Part shown: positions 1 through 9,608 of the stretch, one piece after another
Layout: every line of letters starts with the position of its first letter
Numbering within the stretch: the first letter of the stretch is position 1
From: Fidelibacterota bacterium
Lineage (GTDB): Bacteria > Fidelibacterota > UBA2242 > JAOZSR01
DNA: 64,000 bases
Reading direction: 5' to 3'
NCBI GenBank assembly: GCA_029939575.1
Contig: JAOZSR010000002.1
Location: 8,814-72,813, forward strand
Notes under the pieces: generated by a model
The model's input: only the letters and a program-made list of their open reading frames with translations
What the model was told of the DNA's origin: nothing
Database searches by the model: none
Translations under genes and position numbers: made by a program

Positions 1-237
1 TTATTACCTTTTGGCATAATTGGTTTAATCTGTTTTTCTTTAATTGCATATTTTAAAAAATTAATTAGGTTTATTTTTTATGCCCTGGTTCTGCTTCTTT
101 CCACAATTATCGGTCCAATATTAAACCTTCCTGTTCCCCTTTATTTCAGTATTGCAGGCGCGATCATAACAATATCCGGACTAATATATTTAATAATTTT
201 CATCAAAAAATATTCTTCTTATATTGGAGGACAGTAA
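1..237 (+). CDS. 5'-truncated membrane protein, apparent paralog of the next gene
   Basis: Frame 1 is open from base 1 to TAA 235-237 (LLPFGIIGLICF...RFIFYALVLLL...AGAIITISGLIYLIIFIKKYSSYIGGQ). It is hydrophobic and its stop overlaps the ATG at 237. Not in the ORF track. Confidence 0.8.
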   Translation, partial: LLPFGIIGLICFSLIAYFKKLIRFIFYALVLLLSTIIGPILNLPVPLYFSIAGAIITISGLIYLIIFIKKYSSYIGGQ

Positions 238-839
238 TGAATAATAAAATTAATCTTACACAAATCGAAAAAAAGGCATTCTTGACTTATTTCGAGGATG
301 GAATTTTGGATATATGTGTCGGTTTGCTATTTTTAATTCAAGGTTTCCTGTTAGACTTTGGAAAAGCTCCATTCATTTATATTTCATGGATACCTGTAAT
401 ACTGATTTATCCCATAAAGAAAAGTATAACATTTCCAAGAATGGGATTTGTTCAATTTCGGAAAACAAAGAAAAGAAAAAATCAAAAAACTATCATGTTT
501 CTGATGATGGCCGGTATTGTTGTATTTCTTGCATTATTACTTCATGTAAAAATTTTATCTAAGGGCAATTTCATTGAAAAATTTGGATTTATTGTTTTGG
601 GAATTATCATCTCAGCACCTCCATTTATTGGTTCAGTTATTACCGGAATTACTCGCTTCACAATATATTCACTTATATTATTAGTAGTATTTATTCATGA
701 AAATTTCACTCATTCTACAGTTCCCATAGACTTTATGATCTTTGGTAGCATTATGCTGGTTATCGGAATATTTTTTCTATTCAAATTCCTAAAAAAATAT
801 CCAAATCAAAAAAATGAGGAATTATCTCATGAAAAATAA
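237..839 (+). CDS. Multi-pass membrane protein of unknown function
   Basis: 200 aa with about 6 hydrophobic segments; GGAGG RBS upstream. Confidence 0.85.
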   Translation: MNNKINLTQIEKKAFLTYFEDGILDICVGLLFLIQGFLLDFGKAPFIYISWIPVILIYPIKKSITFPRMGFVQFRKTKKRKNQKTIMFLMMAGIVVFLALLLHVKILSKGNFIEKFGFIVLGIIISAPPFIGSVITGITRFTIYSLILLVVFIHENFTHSTVPIDFMIFGSIMLVIGIFFLFKFLKKYPNQKNEELSHEK

Positions 840-1146
840 AACCGAATCAAATGGATTCCCAAAAATTGACAAAATCGTACATGAACCGGCACGACTTATG
901 ATTATGACCTTTCTTTATGTAATTGACAGTTCTGATTTTCTCTTTCTCATGCGTCAAACAGGATTAACAAAAGGAAATCTTTCATCCCATATGAATAAAC
1001 TTGAAGATGCCGGATATGTTGACATAGAAAAAAAATTCATTGATAAAATTCCCAGAACAATGCTCAAACTTTCAAAAAAAGGACGAAAAGCTTTTAAAGA
1101 TTACAGGAACACTATAATTGAATTATTTAAAGATATGCCGGAATGA
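829..1146 (+). CDS. Winged-helix transcriptional regulator (ArsR/MarR-like, HTH_34 type)
   Basis: DKIVHEPARLMIM...LTKGNLSSHMNKLEDAGYV...PRTML signature. Start moved to ATG 829 after the GAGGA RBS. Confidence 0.85.
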   Translation: MKNKTESNGFPKIDKIVHEPARLMIMTFLYVIDSSDFLFLMRQTGLTKGNLSSHMNKLEDAGYVDIEKKFIDKIPRTMLKLSKKGRKAFKDYRNTIIELFKDMPE

Positions 1147-1202
1147 AAACATATCCATTTTGCAAGTATTAACTATCTATGATAAATTTTATTTATCTTT
1201 TT

Positions 1203-1265
1203 TGTAAAGCAGACTTGACATTACCAATTTCACAACCTATATTTCAATGTAAAGCGAACTTTACA
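1203..1265 (+). promoter_or_regulatory. Sigma70 promoter flanked by two palindromic operators
   Basis: TTGACA 1215-1220, 17-nt spacer, TATATT 1238-1243. Operators are TGTAAAG-caga-CTTGACA (1203-1220) and TGTAAAG-cgaa-CTTTACA (1248-1265). Confidence 0.8.
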
Positions 1266-1282
1266 ATAACTGGAGATTAACG

Positions 1283-1501
1283 ATGAAGCCAAAAATTATT
1301 AACCAGGTCAGAGAATTTAGAAAATCATCTGCTATGACTCAGGACGAACTTGCTCACCTCACTAAAGTCAGCAGGCAATCGATTATTTCTATAGAAAAAG
1401 GTAAATATATACCAAGTCTTCCCCTTGCATTGAAATTGTCACAAATTTTCAACTGTTCAACAGATAAACTATTTTTTTTGGAGGAAAAACACCATGGATG
1501 A
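1283..1501 (+). CDS. XRE/Cro-family HTH regulator
   Basis: MTQDELAHLTKVSRQSIISIEKGKYIPSLPLALKLS is a typical HTH_3 motif; GGAG RBS. Confidence 0.9.
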   Translation: MKPKIINQVREFRKSSAMTQDELAHLTKVSRQSIISIEKGKYIPSLPLALKLSQIFNCSTDKLFFLEEKHHG

Positions 1502-1688
1502 AAGATTTATACTTCACAGATTGTATTCGACTCGATTTTCTATGTTAATTGGACTTATTGCTATGTTTATATGGTTCAATATTGAAATGTTTAAAAATGA
1601 TACTTTACGCTGGGATATTTTTTATTTTATATTGATTTTCGCAGTTAGTAAAGTTGGCGCAATGATCTATTTTAAATTGACTAATTAA
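1494..1688 (+). CDS. Small 2-TM membrane protein (DUF2178-like, starts MDER)
   Basis: 64 aa with two hydrophobic helices; GGAGG RBS; overlaps the XRE stop. Confidence 0.75.
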   Translation: MDERFILHRLYSTRFSMLIGLIAMFIWFNIEMFKNDTLRWDIFYFILIFAVSKVGAMIYFKLTN

Positions 1689-1752
1689 GTTGAAATCGTG
1701 AATTGGTTAAATTCGTTGAAGTTGGAAATTAGGAAAATAAAAGGAAAAAATT

Positions 1753-2037
1753 ATGTTATTACTTTCAAAAAAATTTCGGGAAAAATTTAATACAGCACAA
1801 AAAATGATTGGATTAGGTCAGGCATTATTGGTATTTGGACTTGTCTTACTGGCTCTCGGAGTATTGACAATGAATATTATTGATGGTAATCTAATGACTG
1901 ATTATTTTAATGCAGAAAATTGGGATACAAGACTCAACAACTTTCTTTCTGGATTATCATTAGGTTTAGGTTCCGTCTTAATGGGACTTTCTATTGTGCT
2001 AAATGTACAAGGCATTAAAATGTATAAAAAAAAATAA
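1753..2037 (+). CDS. Small 2-TM membrane protein
   Basis: 94 aa with two Gly/Leu-rich TM helices; AAGGA RBS. Confidence 0.75.
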   Translation: MLLLSKKFREKFNTAQKMIGLGQALLVFGLVLLALGVLTMNIIDGNLMTDYFNAENWDTRLNNFLSGLSLGLGSVLMGLSIVLNVQGIKMYKKK

Positions 2038-2113
2038 GCGGACAACCATAATCTTTTAATAGAATCAAAAAACCTTAGAAATGGCATAAATTATTTAATA
2101 TAATGGTAAACAA

Positions 2114-3151
2114 ATGAAAATAGTTTTAAAATTACTTATAATTATCATAACAATTCCAACAATATCCTTTTCACAGATTCCATATCTTAACACCCTGATT
2201 TCTGACACTTTGTTCATAAAGATAAAAAACGATTCCCTTGTAGATAATTTTCAGAATAATTATAATATTTCTGATATTAGAAAATATTCAGATAATGTTA
2301 TTGGAATTACACAAATCAATAAATATAAATACTTTCCGGTTGATCAATATCTCTTTTTAAATCATTCAATTTCTAATTTATTAGGATATAAACTTGCTTC
2401 TGATTCAATTAATTTCCAGCATAAATTAATAATAGAAGATATTAATCTATGGAATGATACAAAATCCTTTTTCAAAAAAGCCCGGATTTTGAGTGGATAT
2501 TCATATCTTGTTGATGAAAATGATAATAAAACAAAAGATTGGTTGTGGGAAATTCGCTATAAAAATAAAAAGAAACTGGAGATTGAAGAAAATCTTTCCA
2601 ATATCTTTGATACATGGCTATCTTCACAAACAGATTCTTTGAAATATTTAAATTTCAACACCCAAATTTATCCTTATAAATATCGCAGGGTTTTGGAGTC
2701 CTGGTTTGACTTTATCTTACTTCCTGATGGTTTCATTATCAATGGAAACCTGACTTTGAATTTTCCCCAAAACCATAAAAACAAATGGTTCCTGGGATCA
2801 GCAGGAATGTATTATCGAAAATCCTCCTATCATGAATCCTTTACTGTTGGTGGATTTGACCAGCACTGGTTCAAGCGATTTTCACCTACAATAGTTTGGC
2901 GAAATAATAGTACATTTAGATTCGGTATCAATAGTTTCAATCATGAAAAATTTGAGCATGTTGATTATTGGAATATTCTGATGCTAAATCTTGGGTTTTC
3001 TTCATCTTTTGAATATCGACCAAAAATTTTCCGAGGATTATTTTGTGGCGGAGGACTTTATCTCAACATAAATGGTTTGCCCTATATTCCCGAAAAAATT
3101 AAAATCGTTGAACCCGGTATTTTTACTACAATAGGAATTTGTCTGCCATGA
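2114..3151 (+). CDS. Exported hypothetical protein, possible C-terminal beta-barrel
   Basis: N-terminal signal peptide; C-terminal half rich in aromatic/Gly alternating strands; ATGA overlap with the TonB receptor gene. Confidence 0.7.
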   Translation: MKIVLKLLIIIITIPTISFSQIPYLNTLISDTLFIKIKNDSLVDNFQNNYNISDIRKYSDNVIGITQINKYKYFPVDQYLFLNHSISNLLGYKLASDSINFQHKLIIEDINLWNDTKSFFKKARILSGYSYLVDENDNKTKDWLWEIRYKNKKKLEIEENLSNIFDTWLSSQTDSLKYLNFNTQIYPYKYRRVLESWFDFILLPDGFIINGNLTLNFPQNHKNKWFLGSAGMYYRKSSYHESFTVGGFDQHWFKRFSPTIVWRNNSTFRFGINSFNHEKFEHVDYWNILMLNLGFSSSFEYRPKIFRGLFCGGGLYLNINGLPYIPEKIKIVEPGIFTTIGICLP

Positions 3152-5454
3152 AAAAAATAATATCATTATTACTCCTCTGTTTTAACATCACTTTTGCATA
3201 TAACATTTCCGGTTACGTGATGGACAAAAGTTCCGGTGAAACAATAATTGGTGTTAACATCATGGTAAAAGATTCAAATAACGGAACCGCGACCAATAAT
3301 GATGGTTTTTTTATAATCCGTAATTTGAATGTTGGTGAAATCACCCTGCAATTTTCACATATTTCATATAAAATTTTCAAGAAAACAATTACCCTGTCTA
3401 ACAAAAATATATTCCTGGGAAACATTCCTCTGGAAACAACTTCAATTGAAACAGAGGCAATTGAAGTAACCGGAAAACGCAGTACAATTATTGAAAAAGA
3501 TCTTGATATTGCAAGTTTTGAAGTTGATCCAATCATTTTGTTTGAAGTACCCCAAATGAACAAAGATGTTTTTAAATTGATGAAATTTTCTCCCAGTGTT
3601 ACAATTTCAGATCCTGCCTCTCCCCAATTTCATGTTCGGGGAAGTGATCCCGGAGAAAATCTTGTTCAATTGGATGGAATGACAGTTTACAATCCCCAAC
3701 ACTTCATGGCATCACAAGCCATTTTCAATCCTTATTCTATCAAAAATATAGAAATGCTGGTGGGTGGTTTTGATGCAGAACATGGTGGAAGGAATGCTTC
3801 AATTTTAAATATTACTTCCAGGGAAGGCCACAAAGATGAAGTTCATGGCGAATTTAAGCCCTCTATATCCGGATTATCCGGAGCTATTGAATTTCCGATA
3901 AATGATAAATCAACTGCTATGATCTCCGGTCGCTATTACTCTGATTTAATGTTCCGGATCATGATGGGTGTTCCGAATACAATGTCTGATATCATCGGTA
4001 CTTTCCAAACAAAAATGGGGAATACAAGATTGAGTTTTACAGGATTTCATGCCCAGGATTATATGGATTACAATGTTTCAAATTTTATGATTTACCTGTC
4101 TGATCCTGTTTTTGATAATTTTGAAGAAGGATTTATTACCAAAACCAATAACAATGCCTATGGCATACATACTCATTCAGTTCTCTTACCAAATTTACTT
4201 CTGGATAACCATATTTATTATTCTGCATCAAATGTGGCAAATGATACTTATTTTAAAATGACTTTTTCTGATAGTACAATGGATGATTTCGGAGTATCCC
4301 TGAATTTTCGAACAAAAATCACCAATAAGATTTCTGACTACACTGTCAAATCCGGACTTACTTATTTCACCTTCTGGAATCAAGCTCTGAAACTCGGAAC
4401 AGAACTCAATTTTCTGAATTTTGAAAACCGAATCGGTCAATCTTTTATTACAGAAGAAGTGACAAAAAGAGGTGCAGATCTTCAGGCTTTTTACCTGCAG
4501 GATAAAATCGATCTGGGTAATGTAATTTTCAAAGCTGGGCTGAGAAACACAAGATTTCAGAACGAGAATGTCTGGCGAATTGAACCTCGGCTTTCATTGG
4601 CTATTAAAAGCAATATTACAACTCTGAAGTTTGCCTGGGGAAAATACAATCAATATATCACGACTATGAATTCCAAAGACAATGAATTTGTTCAAACCTT
4701 GGAATACTTTAATAGTCTGGAAAATTATGAGCCCATAGCTTCTGAACAATTTATTGCAGGATTTGAAGGTTATCTAAATGAAGATATTTTCTGTTCGGTA
4801 ACCGGATATTACAAAGACCTCTTTCGTCTATATAAATTTGATTATTCTGATGCGTCAGGTGAGCAAGCACCGGAAGCAGGTAAAGGTAAAGCCTATGGAA
4901 TTGAAACTTTGATCCGTGGAAAATTCGGAAAACTGTCCGGTTGGATAAGTTATACATTATCCAGAGGAACCCGTAGTTTTCCATCTTATCGGAATGGCAA
5001 AGAATTTCTCTATGATGGAGATCAAACCCATAATATTAAATCAGTTTTGATGTATAATCTAACCCGTGATATCACCGCAAGCACGACACTTCAATTCAGC
5101 AGTGGTTATCCAAAAACCTGGGAAACCGGAAAATATAATCAATATAGTTATGATGTTGTAAATGATTGGATTGGAATTTTTCCAAAAGATATTACTCCGG
5201 CAAAAAATAATGTCCGTTATCCACCAAGGATGTTGCTGGATATTGGCTGGAAGAAAAAATTGAGATCTGGTTTCGGCTATAATCTGGCTGAATATTTAGG
5301 TTCAGAAAATGCATATTTTACAATGACGATCAAAAATGTCCTGTTTTTAAAACGTAATCCTTACTACTATTTTTATCTAGAAGACTATGGATATTATGGA
5401 TTTGGAATGAACTATATGCCCAGTGTATCTGCCGGATATAGTATAAAATTTTAG
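3148..5454 (+). CDS. TonB-dependent receptor with N-terminal CarboxypepD_reg-like domain
   Basis: Signal peptide; ISGYVMDKSSGETIIGVNI...TATNNDGFF; plug motifs VRGSDPGENLVQLDGM and GGFDAEHGGR; EPRLS; terminal Phe (YSIKF). Confidence 0.9.
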   Translation: MKKIISLLLLCFNITFAYNISGYVMDKSSGETIIGVNIMVKDSNNGTATNNDGFFIIRNLNVGEITLQFSHISYKIFKKTITLSNKNIFLGNIPLETTSIETEAIEVTGKRSTIIEKDLDIASFEVDPIILFEVPQMNKDVFKLMKFSPSVTISDPASPQFHVRGSDPGENLVQLDGMTVYNPQHFMASQAIFNPYSIKNIEMLVGGFDAEHGGRNASILNITSREGHKDEVHGEFKPSISGLSGAIEFPINDKSTAMISGRYYSDLMFRIMMGVPNTMSDIIGTFQTKMGNTRLSFTGFHAQDYMDYNVSNFMIYLSDPVFDNFEEGFITKTNNNAYGIHTHSVLLPNLLLDNHIYYSASNVANDTYFKMTFSDSTMDDFGVSLNFRTKITNKISDYTVKSGLTYFTFWNQALKLGTELNFLNFENRIGQSFITEEVTKRGADLQAFYLQDKIDLGNVIFKAGLRNTRFQNENVWRIEPRLSLAIKSNITTLKFAWGKYNQYITTMNSKDNEFVQTLEYFNSLENYEPIASEQFIAGFEGYLNEDIFCSVTGYYKDLFRLYKFDYSDASGEQAPEAGKGKAYGIETLIRGKFGKLSGWISYTLSRGTRSFPSYRNGKEFLYDGDQTHNIKSVLMYNLTRDITASTTLQFSSGYPKTWETGKYNQYSYDVVNDWIGIFPKDITPAKNNVRYPPRMLLDIGWKKKLRSGFGYNLAEYLGSENAYFTMTIKNVLFLKRNPYYYFYLEDYGYYGFGMNYMPSVSAGYSIKF

Positions 5455-5462
5455 AGGAAAAA

Positions 5463-6296
5463 ATGACTAAGATATTTAAAGTAAAATCTGCAGAGAAAAG
5501 ACTAAGTAATTTTATAACTATAAATCTTATAATTATTTCGGTCAGTTTTTTAATAACTCTAATATCTTCTTGTGAATTACCACATCAGCCCGGACCAATG
5601 CCTAAGGAAATCATAGATCTGAACTTTGAACCCGGTTTTAATATATTGGGAGTAGTTCGATTAAATGGAAACAATCCCGAATCTTTTGTTTTTTTAGATG
5701 AAGCTCTAAAAACTGAAGATTATTACAAATATGAAAATCGATATGAGATAACTAATGCTTCTGTAATTATTAGTGATAATGACTCCTTATATCATTTTAA
5801 TATTTATGATGAAATAGATTCAACCAGATATATCAACCAAAATTTTATACCTAAAGAAAATAAAACTTATTATCTGGAAATTTCCGCCACAGGAACATAC
5901 GGAGATCTTCATCTTACAGCAGAAACTATCGTCCCAACTATTCCATCTCTAAATAAAAATTCCATAATTTTAAAAAATGACAACATATCTTTCGATCTGT
6001 TTACTACAGATAATGCATTTCGATATGATATAGTTTTATTTTTTCAGAATGAAGAAATACGAGAATCAATTCTAATAAATGAAAGTAGCACACAAAATAT
6101 TGAAATTAATTTCTCTAAGCAATTGGGAGAGCCTGTTTATATTGGAATTGCTGCTTATGATAAAAATCTCACTCAATATTTGAATGCAACATCGTCGATT
6201 ATTCCTCAAACATACCATGAAGATATTTCTACTGTTGATGAGGGTTATGGATGTTTTGGTGCAATTAGTTTAAATTCAATTAAGTTGAGCGATTAA
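5463..6296 (+). CDS. Lipoprotein (DUF4249-like) associated with the TonB receptor
   Basis: Lipobox-like LISSC after a hydrophobic stretch; C-terminal STVDEGYGCFGA resembles the SNI.GG.G.F end of DUF4249 proteins. Confidence 0.7.
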   Translation: MTKIFKVKSAEKRLSNFITINLIIISVSFLITLISSCELPHQPGPMPKEIIDLNFEPGFNILGVVRLNGNNPESFVFLDEALKTEDYYKYENRYEITNASVIISDNDSLYHFNIYDEIDSTRYINQNFIPKENKTYYLEISATGTYGDLHLTAETIVPTIPSLNKNSIILKNDNISFDLFTTDNAFRYDIVLFFQNEEIRESILINESSTQNIEINFSKQLGEPVYIGIAAYDKNLTQYLNATSSIIPQTYHEDISTVDEGYGCFGAISLNSIKLSD

Positions 6297-6402
6297 TAAT
6301 ATTTTTATCATGTAACCTGATATGATTTTCTTTTGATTATTCAATCTCTTTGTGTACTTTTTATTTTTCAAATTTTTTATAAATAAAATATAAAGGATAG
6401 AT

Positions 6403-7320
6403 ATGAAAGTTCTTGAAACAAACAAAATCATCAAAAAGTTTGGAGATTTCACAGCAGTTAATGAAATCTCATTTTCCATTGAAGAAGGGAAAATATTTGG
6501 ATTATTAGGGCCTAACGGAGCCGGAAAAACTACCACAATTCGTATGATTATGGACATCATCGCCCCTGACTCCGGTTCTATATCCATTATGGGTAAACCT
6601 CATAATGGAATGGCTACCGATAATATTGGCTATTTGCCGGAAGAAAGAGGAATGTATCGAAAAATGAAAGTTAGAGAGGTTTTGATCTTTCTGGCTGCTC
6701 TGAAATCCATGAAAAAGAAGGATGCGGATAAGGAAATTGATTATTGGTTAAAAAAAATTAACCTAACAGATTGGAAAAATAAAAAAATTGAAGAACTGTC
6801 AAAAGGTATGCAGCAAAAAATCCAGTTTATCGGAACAGTTCTGCATAAACCAAAACTGTTAATTCTGGATGAACCCTTTGGCGGGCTTGATCCCATTAAT
6901 CAAAACCTAATCAAAGACCTGATGGTTGAACTTAAAGAAAAAGGTACAACAATTATTTTCTCTACTCATGTTATGGAAAGTGCAGAGAAACTTTGTGATG
7001 AAATTTTCCTAATAAACAAAGGTATAGAAATAATATACGGAAATCTGTCAGATGTTAAAAAAAGTTATGGAAAAGAAAATATTCTGATTGAATTTGACGG
7101 AGATGATTCTTTTCTTAAAAAATCCGATCAAATCAAAAAATTTAATAATTATGGAAAATATGCAGAAGCACAATTAATTAAAAACGCAGACACTCAATTA
7201 ATACTCCGGGAAGCAATGAAAACCTGTAAAATCCGAAAATTCGAAATTAACGAACCTTCGCTTCATGATATTTTTATAGAATCTGTAGGTGAAGCAAACA
7301 CAGAAGGAGAACTGGAATGA
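6403..7320 (+). CDS. ABC-2 transporter ATP-binding subunit (YhaQ/NatA-like)
   Basis: Walker A GPNGAGKT, signature LSKGMQQ, Walker B LILDEP, H-loop STH, C-terminal EPSLHDIF. Confidence 0.95.
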   Translation: MKVLETNKIIKKFGDFTAVNEISFSIEEGKIFGLLGPNGAGKTTTIRMIMDIIAPDSGSISIMGKPHNGMATDNIGYLPEERGMYRKMKVREVLIFLAALKSMKKKDADKEIDYWLKKINLTDWKNKKIEELSKGMQQKIQFIGTVLHKPKLLILDEPFGGLDPINQNLIKDLMVELKEKGTTIIFSTHVMESAEKLCDEIFLINKGIEIIYGNLSDVKKSYGKENILIEFDGDDSFLKKSDQIKKFNNYGKYAEAQLIKNADTQLILREAMKTCKIRKFEINEPSLHDIFIESVGEANTEGELE

Positions 7321-8621
7321 GTAAAAAAATATTTGCTGTAATAAAAAGAGAATACTGGACACGTGCAAAAACCAAAGGATTTATTATCGGAACTCTAATT
7401 TTTCCTCTATTTTTAGTTCTGATTTTCGGTGGAATTTTTATAGTTCAAAAAGTATTTACACCATCAACCAGAACCTATTATATTGTCGATAATTCTAATC
7501 AAATTTACTCAAAATTTTCCACTCAACTTACTGATACCTTAAAATCCGGTGAATTGAAATTCAAATTTTTTGAGAAAAAAGTTGAACCTCAATTAATGGA
7601 ATCAACCATAAAACAATTCCAGGAAGAAGTCCGAAACAAACAAATCTATGGATATTTAGTTATACCTGAGGATATAGTTGAATCCAAAGAGGTTAAATAT
7701 GCGGCTCAGAGTGTCAGTGATTTCGAAGAACAAAGGTCGTTACAATGGGCTCTGTCAAAAGTTGTCTCAGATATTCGCCTTGAAAAAATGGGCCTGGACG
7801 CTAATAAAATCAGACATGAAATGTGGTTAGGAAACATCAAATTGATTAGCAATCAAATTACAGAAAAAGGAGAAATTGAAAAAAGTGGCACATCCAGCTT
7901 TCTCCTGACCTATATCCTGGCTTATGTAATGTTTCTGATGATGATGATTTATGGTACTATGGTTATGCGAAGTGTTATCGAAGAAAAAAGTCAGCGTATT
8001 ACTGAGATGATTGTATCAGCGATTAAACCTTTTGAATTAATGTTTGGAAAAATTGTTGGTATTTGCGCCTTGGGAATCACACAATTAACTATTTTTGGTA
8101 TTATGTTGTTTTTTATAGTAAAATATGGTGAACCAATAATGATAAAATTAGGTGCAACTGATACTGAGTTTCTGAATATTATCAAACATATTAACTTCAC
8201 TGTACCTATTTTTCTTTTCTTTATTTTCTACTTTGTAATTGGATTTGTTTTCTTTTCTGCTCTTTATGCATCAATTGGAGCAATTGTAAATACTGAAGAT
8301 GAGGGACAACAGTTCATGCCCCCTTTGGTTATTATTTTACTTTTAAGTTACTTCATAATGTTTGCTGCGGTCAAAAACCCGGATACAACTATGGCTTTTT
8401 GGGCATCATTAATTCCTTTTTTCACACCTTTAGTAATGTTTGGAAGAGTCGCTGTAAGCGATCCGGCTTTACCTTCCGGAGCAATACTATCCATTTTTAC
8501 AATGATCTTATCTACCATATTAATTATCTGGCTGGCTAGTAAAATCTATAGAGTAGGCATTCTGATGTGTGGAAAAAAAGTATCCCTTAAAGAAGCAGTA
8601 AAGTGGATAAAATATAAATAA
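7317..8621 (+). CDS. ABC-2 transporter permease (YhaP/NatB-like)
   Basis: SVIEEKSQRITEMIVS...LMFGKIVG motif; large extracytoplasmic loop; about 6 TM segments. Confidence 0.92.
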   Translation: MSKKIFAVIKREYWTRAKTKGFIIGTLIFPLFLVLIFGGIFIVQKVFTPSTRTYYIVDNSNQIYSKFSTQLTDTLKSGELKFKFFEKKVEPQLMESTIKQFQEEVRNKQIYGYLVIPEDIVESKEVKYAAQSVSDFEEQRSLQWALSKVVSDIRLEKMGLDANKIRHEMWLGNIKLISNQITEKGEIEKSGTSSFLLTYILAYVMFLMMMIYGTMVMRSVIEEKSQRITEMIVSAIKPFELMFGKIVGICALGITQLTIFGIMLFFIVKYGEPIMIKLGATDTEFLNIIKHINFTVPIFLFFIFYFVIGFVFFSALYASIGAIVNTEDEGQQFMPPLVIILLLSYFIMFAAVKNPDTTMAFWASLIPFFTPLVMFGRVAVSDPALPSGAILSIFTMILSTILIIWLASKIYRVGILMCGKKVSLKEAVKWIKYK

Positions 8622-8631
8622 TATTCTTTAT

Positions 8632-8669
8632 AAAAAAGCCGCTTCAAATACTATTTAGCGGCTTTTTTT
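8632..8669. terminator. Bidirectional intrinsic terminator
   Basis: AAAAAAGCCGCT-13 nt loop-AGCGGCTTTTTTT between convergent genes. Confidence 0.85.
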
Positions 8670-8732
8670 AATTCTAAATATTAAGAGGGCAGATGATTAA
8701 AATGGAATAATCTGCCTTGCGATTATAAATTT

Positions 8733-9548
8733 TCAACCTAAAATTTTAATCACCTTAGTTGCAATTTCTCCAAAATTAGAGGCTGTTTTACTTTCAGGAT
8801 ATTTCAGTACAATCGGAGTTCCTGCATCGCCACATTCCCGATTTTCTTTTTCCATTGGAATATGTCCAAGAAATTCCACACCCATTTCTTCAGCCATTTT
8901 TTTTCCACCACCGATTCCAAAAAAATCAATTTCTTTATCACAATGAGGACAGACAAATCCTGACATATTCTCTATCACACCAATTTTGGGAATATTCAGT
9001 TTTTTTGCCATGTTCACTGCCCTGCGGCAATCCATTAATGAAACTTCCTGTGGAGTAGTAACCACAATCGCCATCTGAGGTAGCATTTTTTGAGATGCTG
9101 TCAAGACTTCGTCCCCGGTTCCCGGAGGCATATCCGAAAGTAAGACATCAAGTTTGTCCCAAACAACATCAGCTAAAAATTGTGTAATGACTCCTGAGCG
9201 CAAAGGTCCGCGCCAGATAACAGGCTGATTATCCGGAATCATTGGCGCAATTGACATCACTCGTAAATCATGTTTAATTTGAGGTAAAATTCTATTTTCA
9301 TCCATTGGTTGTGGTTGACCTTCAAGCCCAACCATTAATGGAATATTTGGTCCTGTAATATCAGCATCCAAAATTCCAATTTTTTTATCTTGTTTAATTA
9401 GTGAATAAGCGAGGTTTACGGCAACTGTGCTTTTCCCAACTCCACCTTTACCACTAAAAACAACAATCCGGTTCTGAATTATATTTAAATTCTCAGAAAT
9501 CCGTTTATCCTGCTGTATCATCTTATCCTGTTGATTCATTTGTTCCAT
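8733..9548 (-). CDS. mrp: Mrp/NBP35 (ApbC) Fe-S cluster carrier ATPase
   Basis: SGKGGVGKST, LDADITGP, WRGP, DMPPGTGD, ENMS..CPHC. Confidence 0.93.
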   Translation of the reverse strand: MEQMNQQDKMIQQDKRISENLNIIQNRIVVFSGKGGVGKSTVAVNLAYSLIKQDKKIGILDADITGPNIPLMVGLEGQPQPMDENRILPQIKHDLRVMSIAPMIPDNQPVIWRGPLRSGVITQFLADVVWDKLDVLLSDMPPGTGDEVLTASQKMLPQMAIVVTTPQEVSLMDCRRAVNMAKKLNIPKIGVIENMSGFVCPHCDKEIDFFGIGGGKKMAEEMGVEFLGHIPMEKENRECGDAGTPIVLKYPESKTASNFGEIATKVIKILG

Positions 9549-9608
9549 TGATTTCCTTTCATATTTTTCACAAGTAAGTTATTATGATTACTTATTACTT
9601 AGTCAAAT

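Noticed and set aside
8687-8735. mrp ends in TGA with a hairpin (GGCAGAT...ATCTGCC) shortly downstream, suggesting selenocysteine read-through
   Set aside because: The Mrp domain is complete at the TGA, no conserved Cys position lies there, and the read-through looks non-conserved. More likely a 3' stability or termination hairpin.
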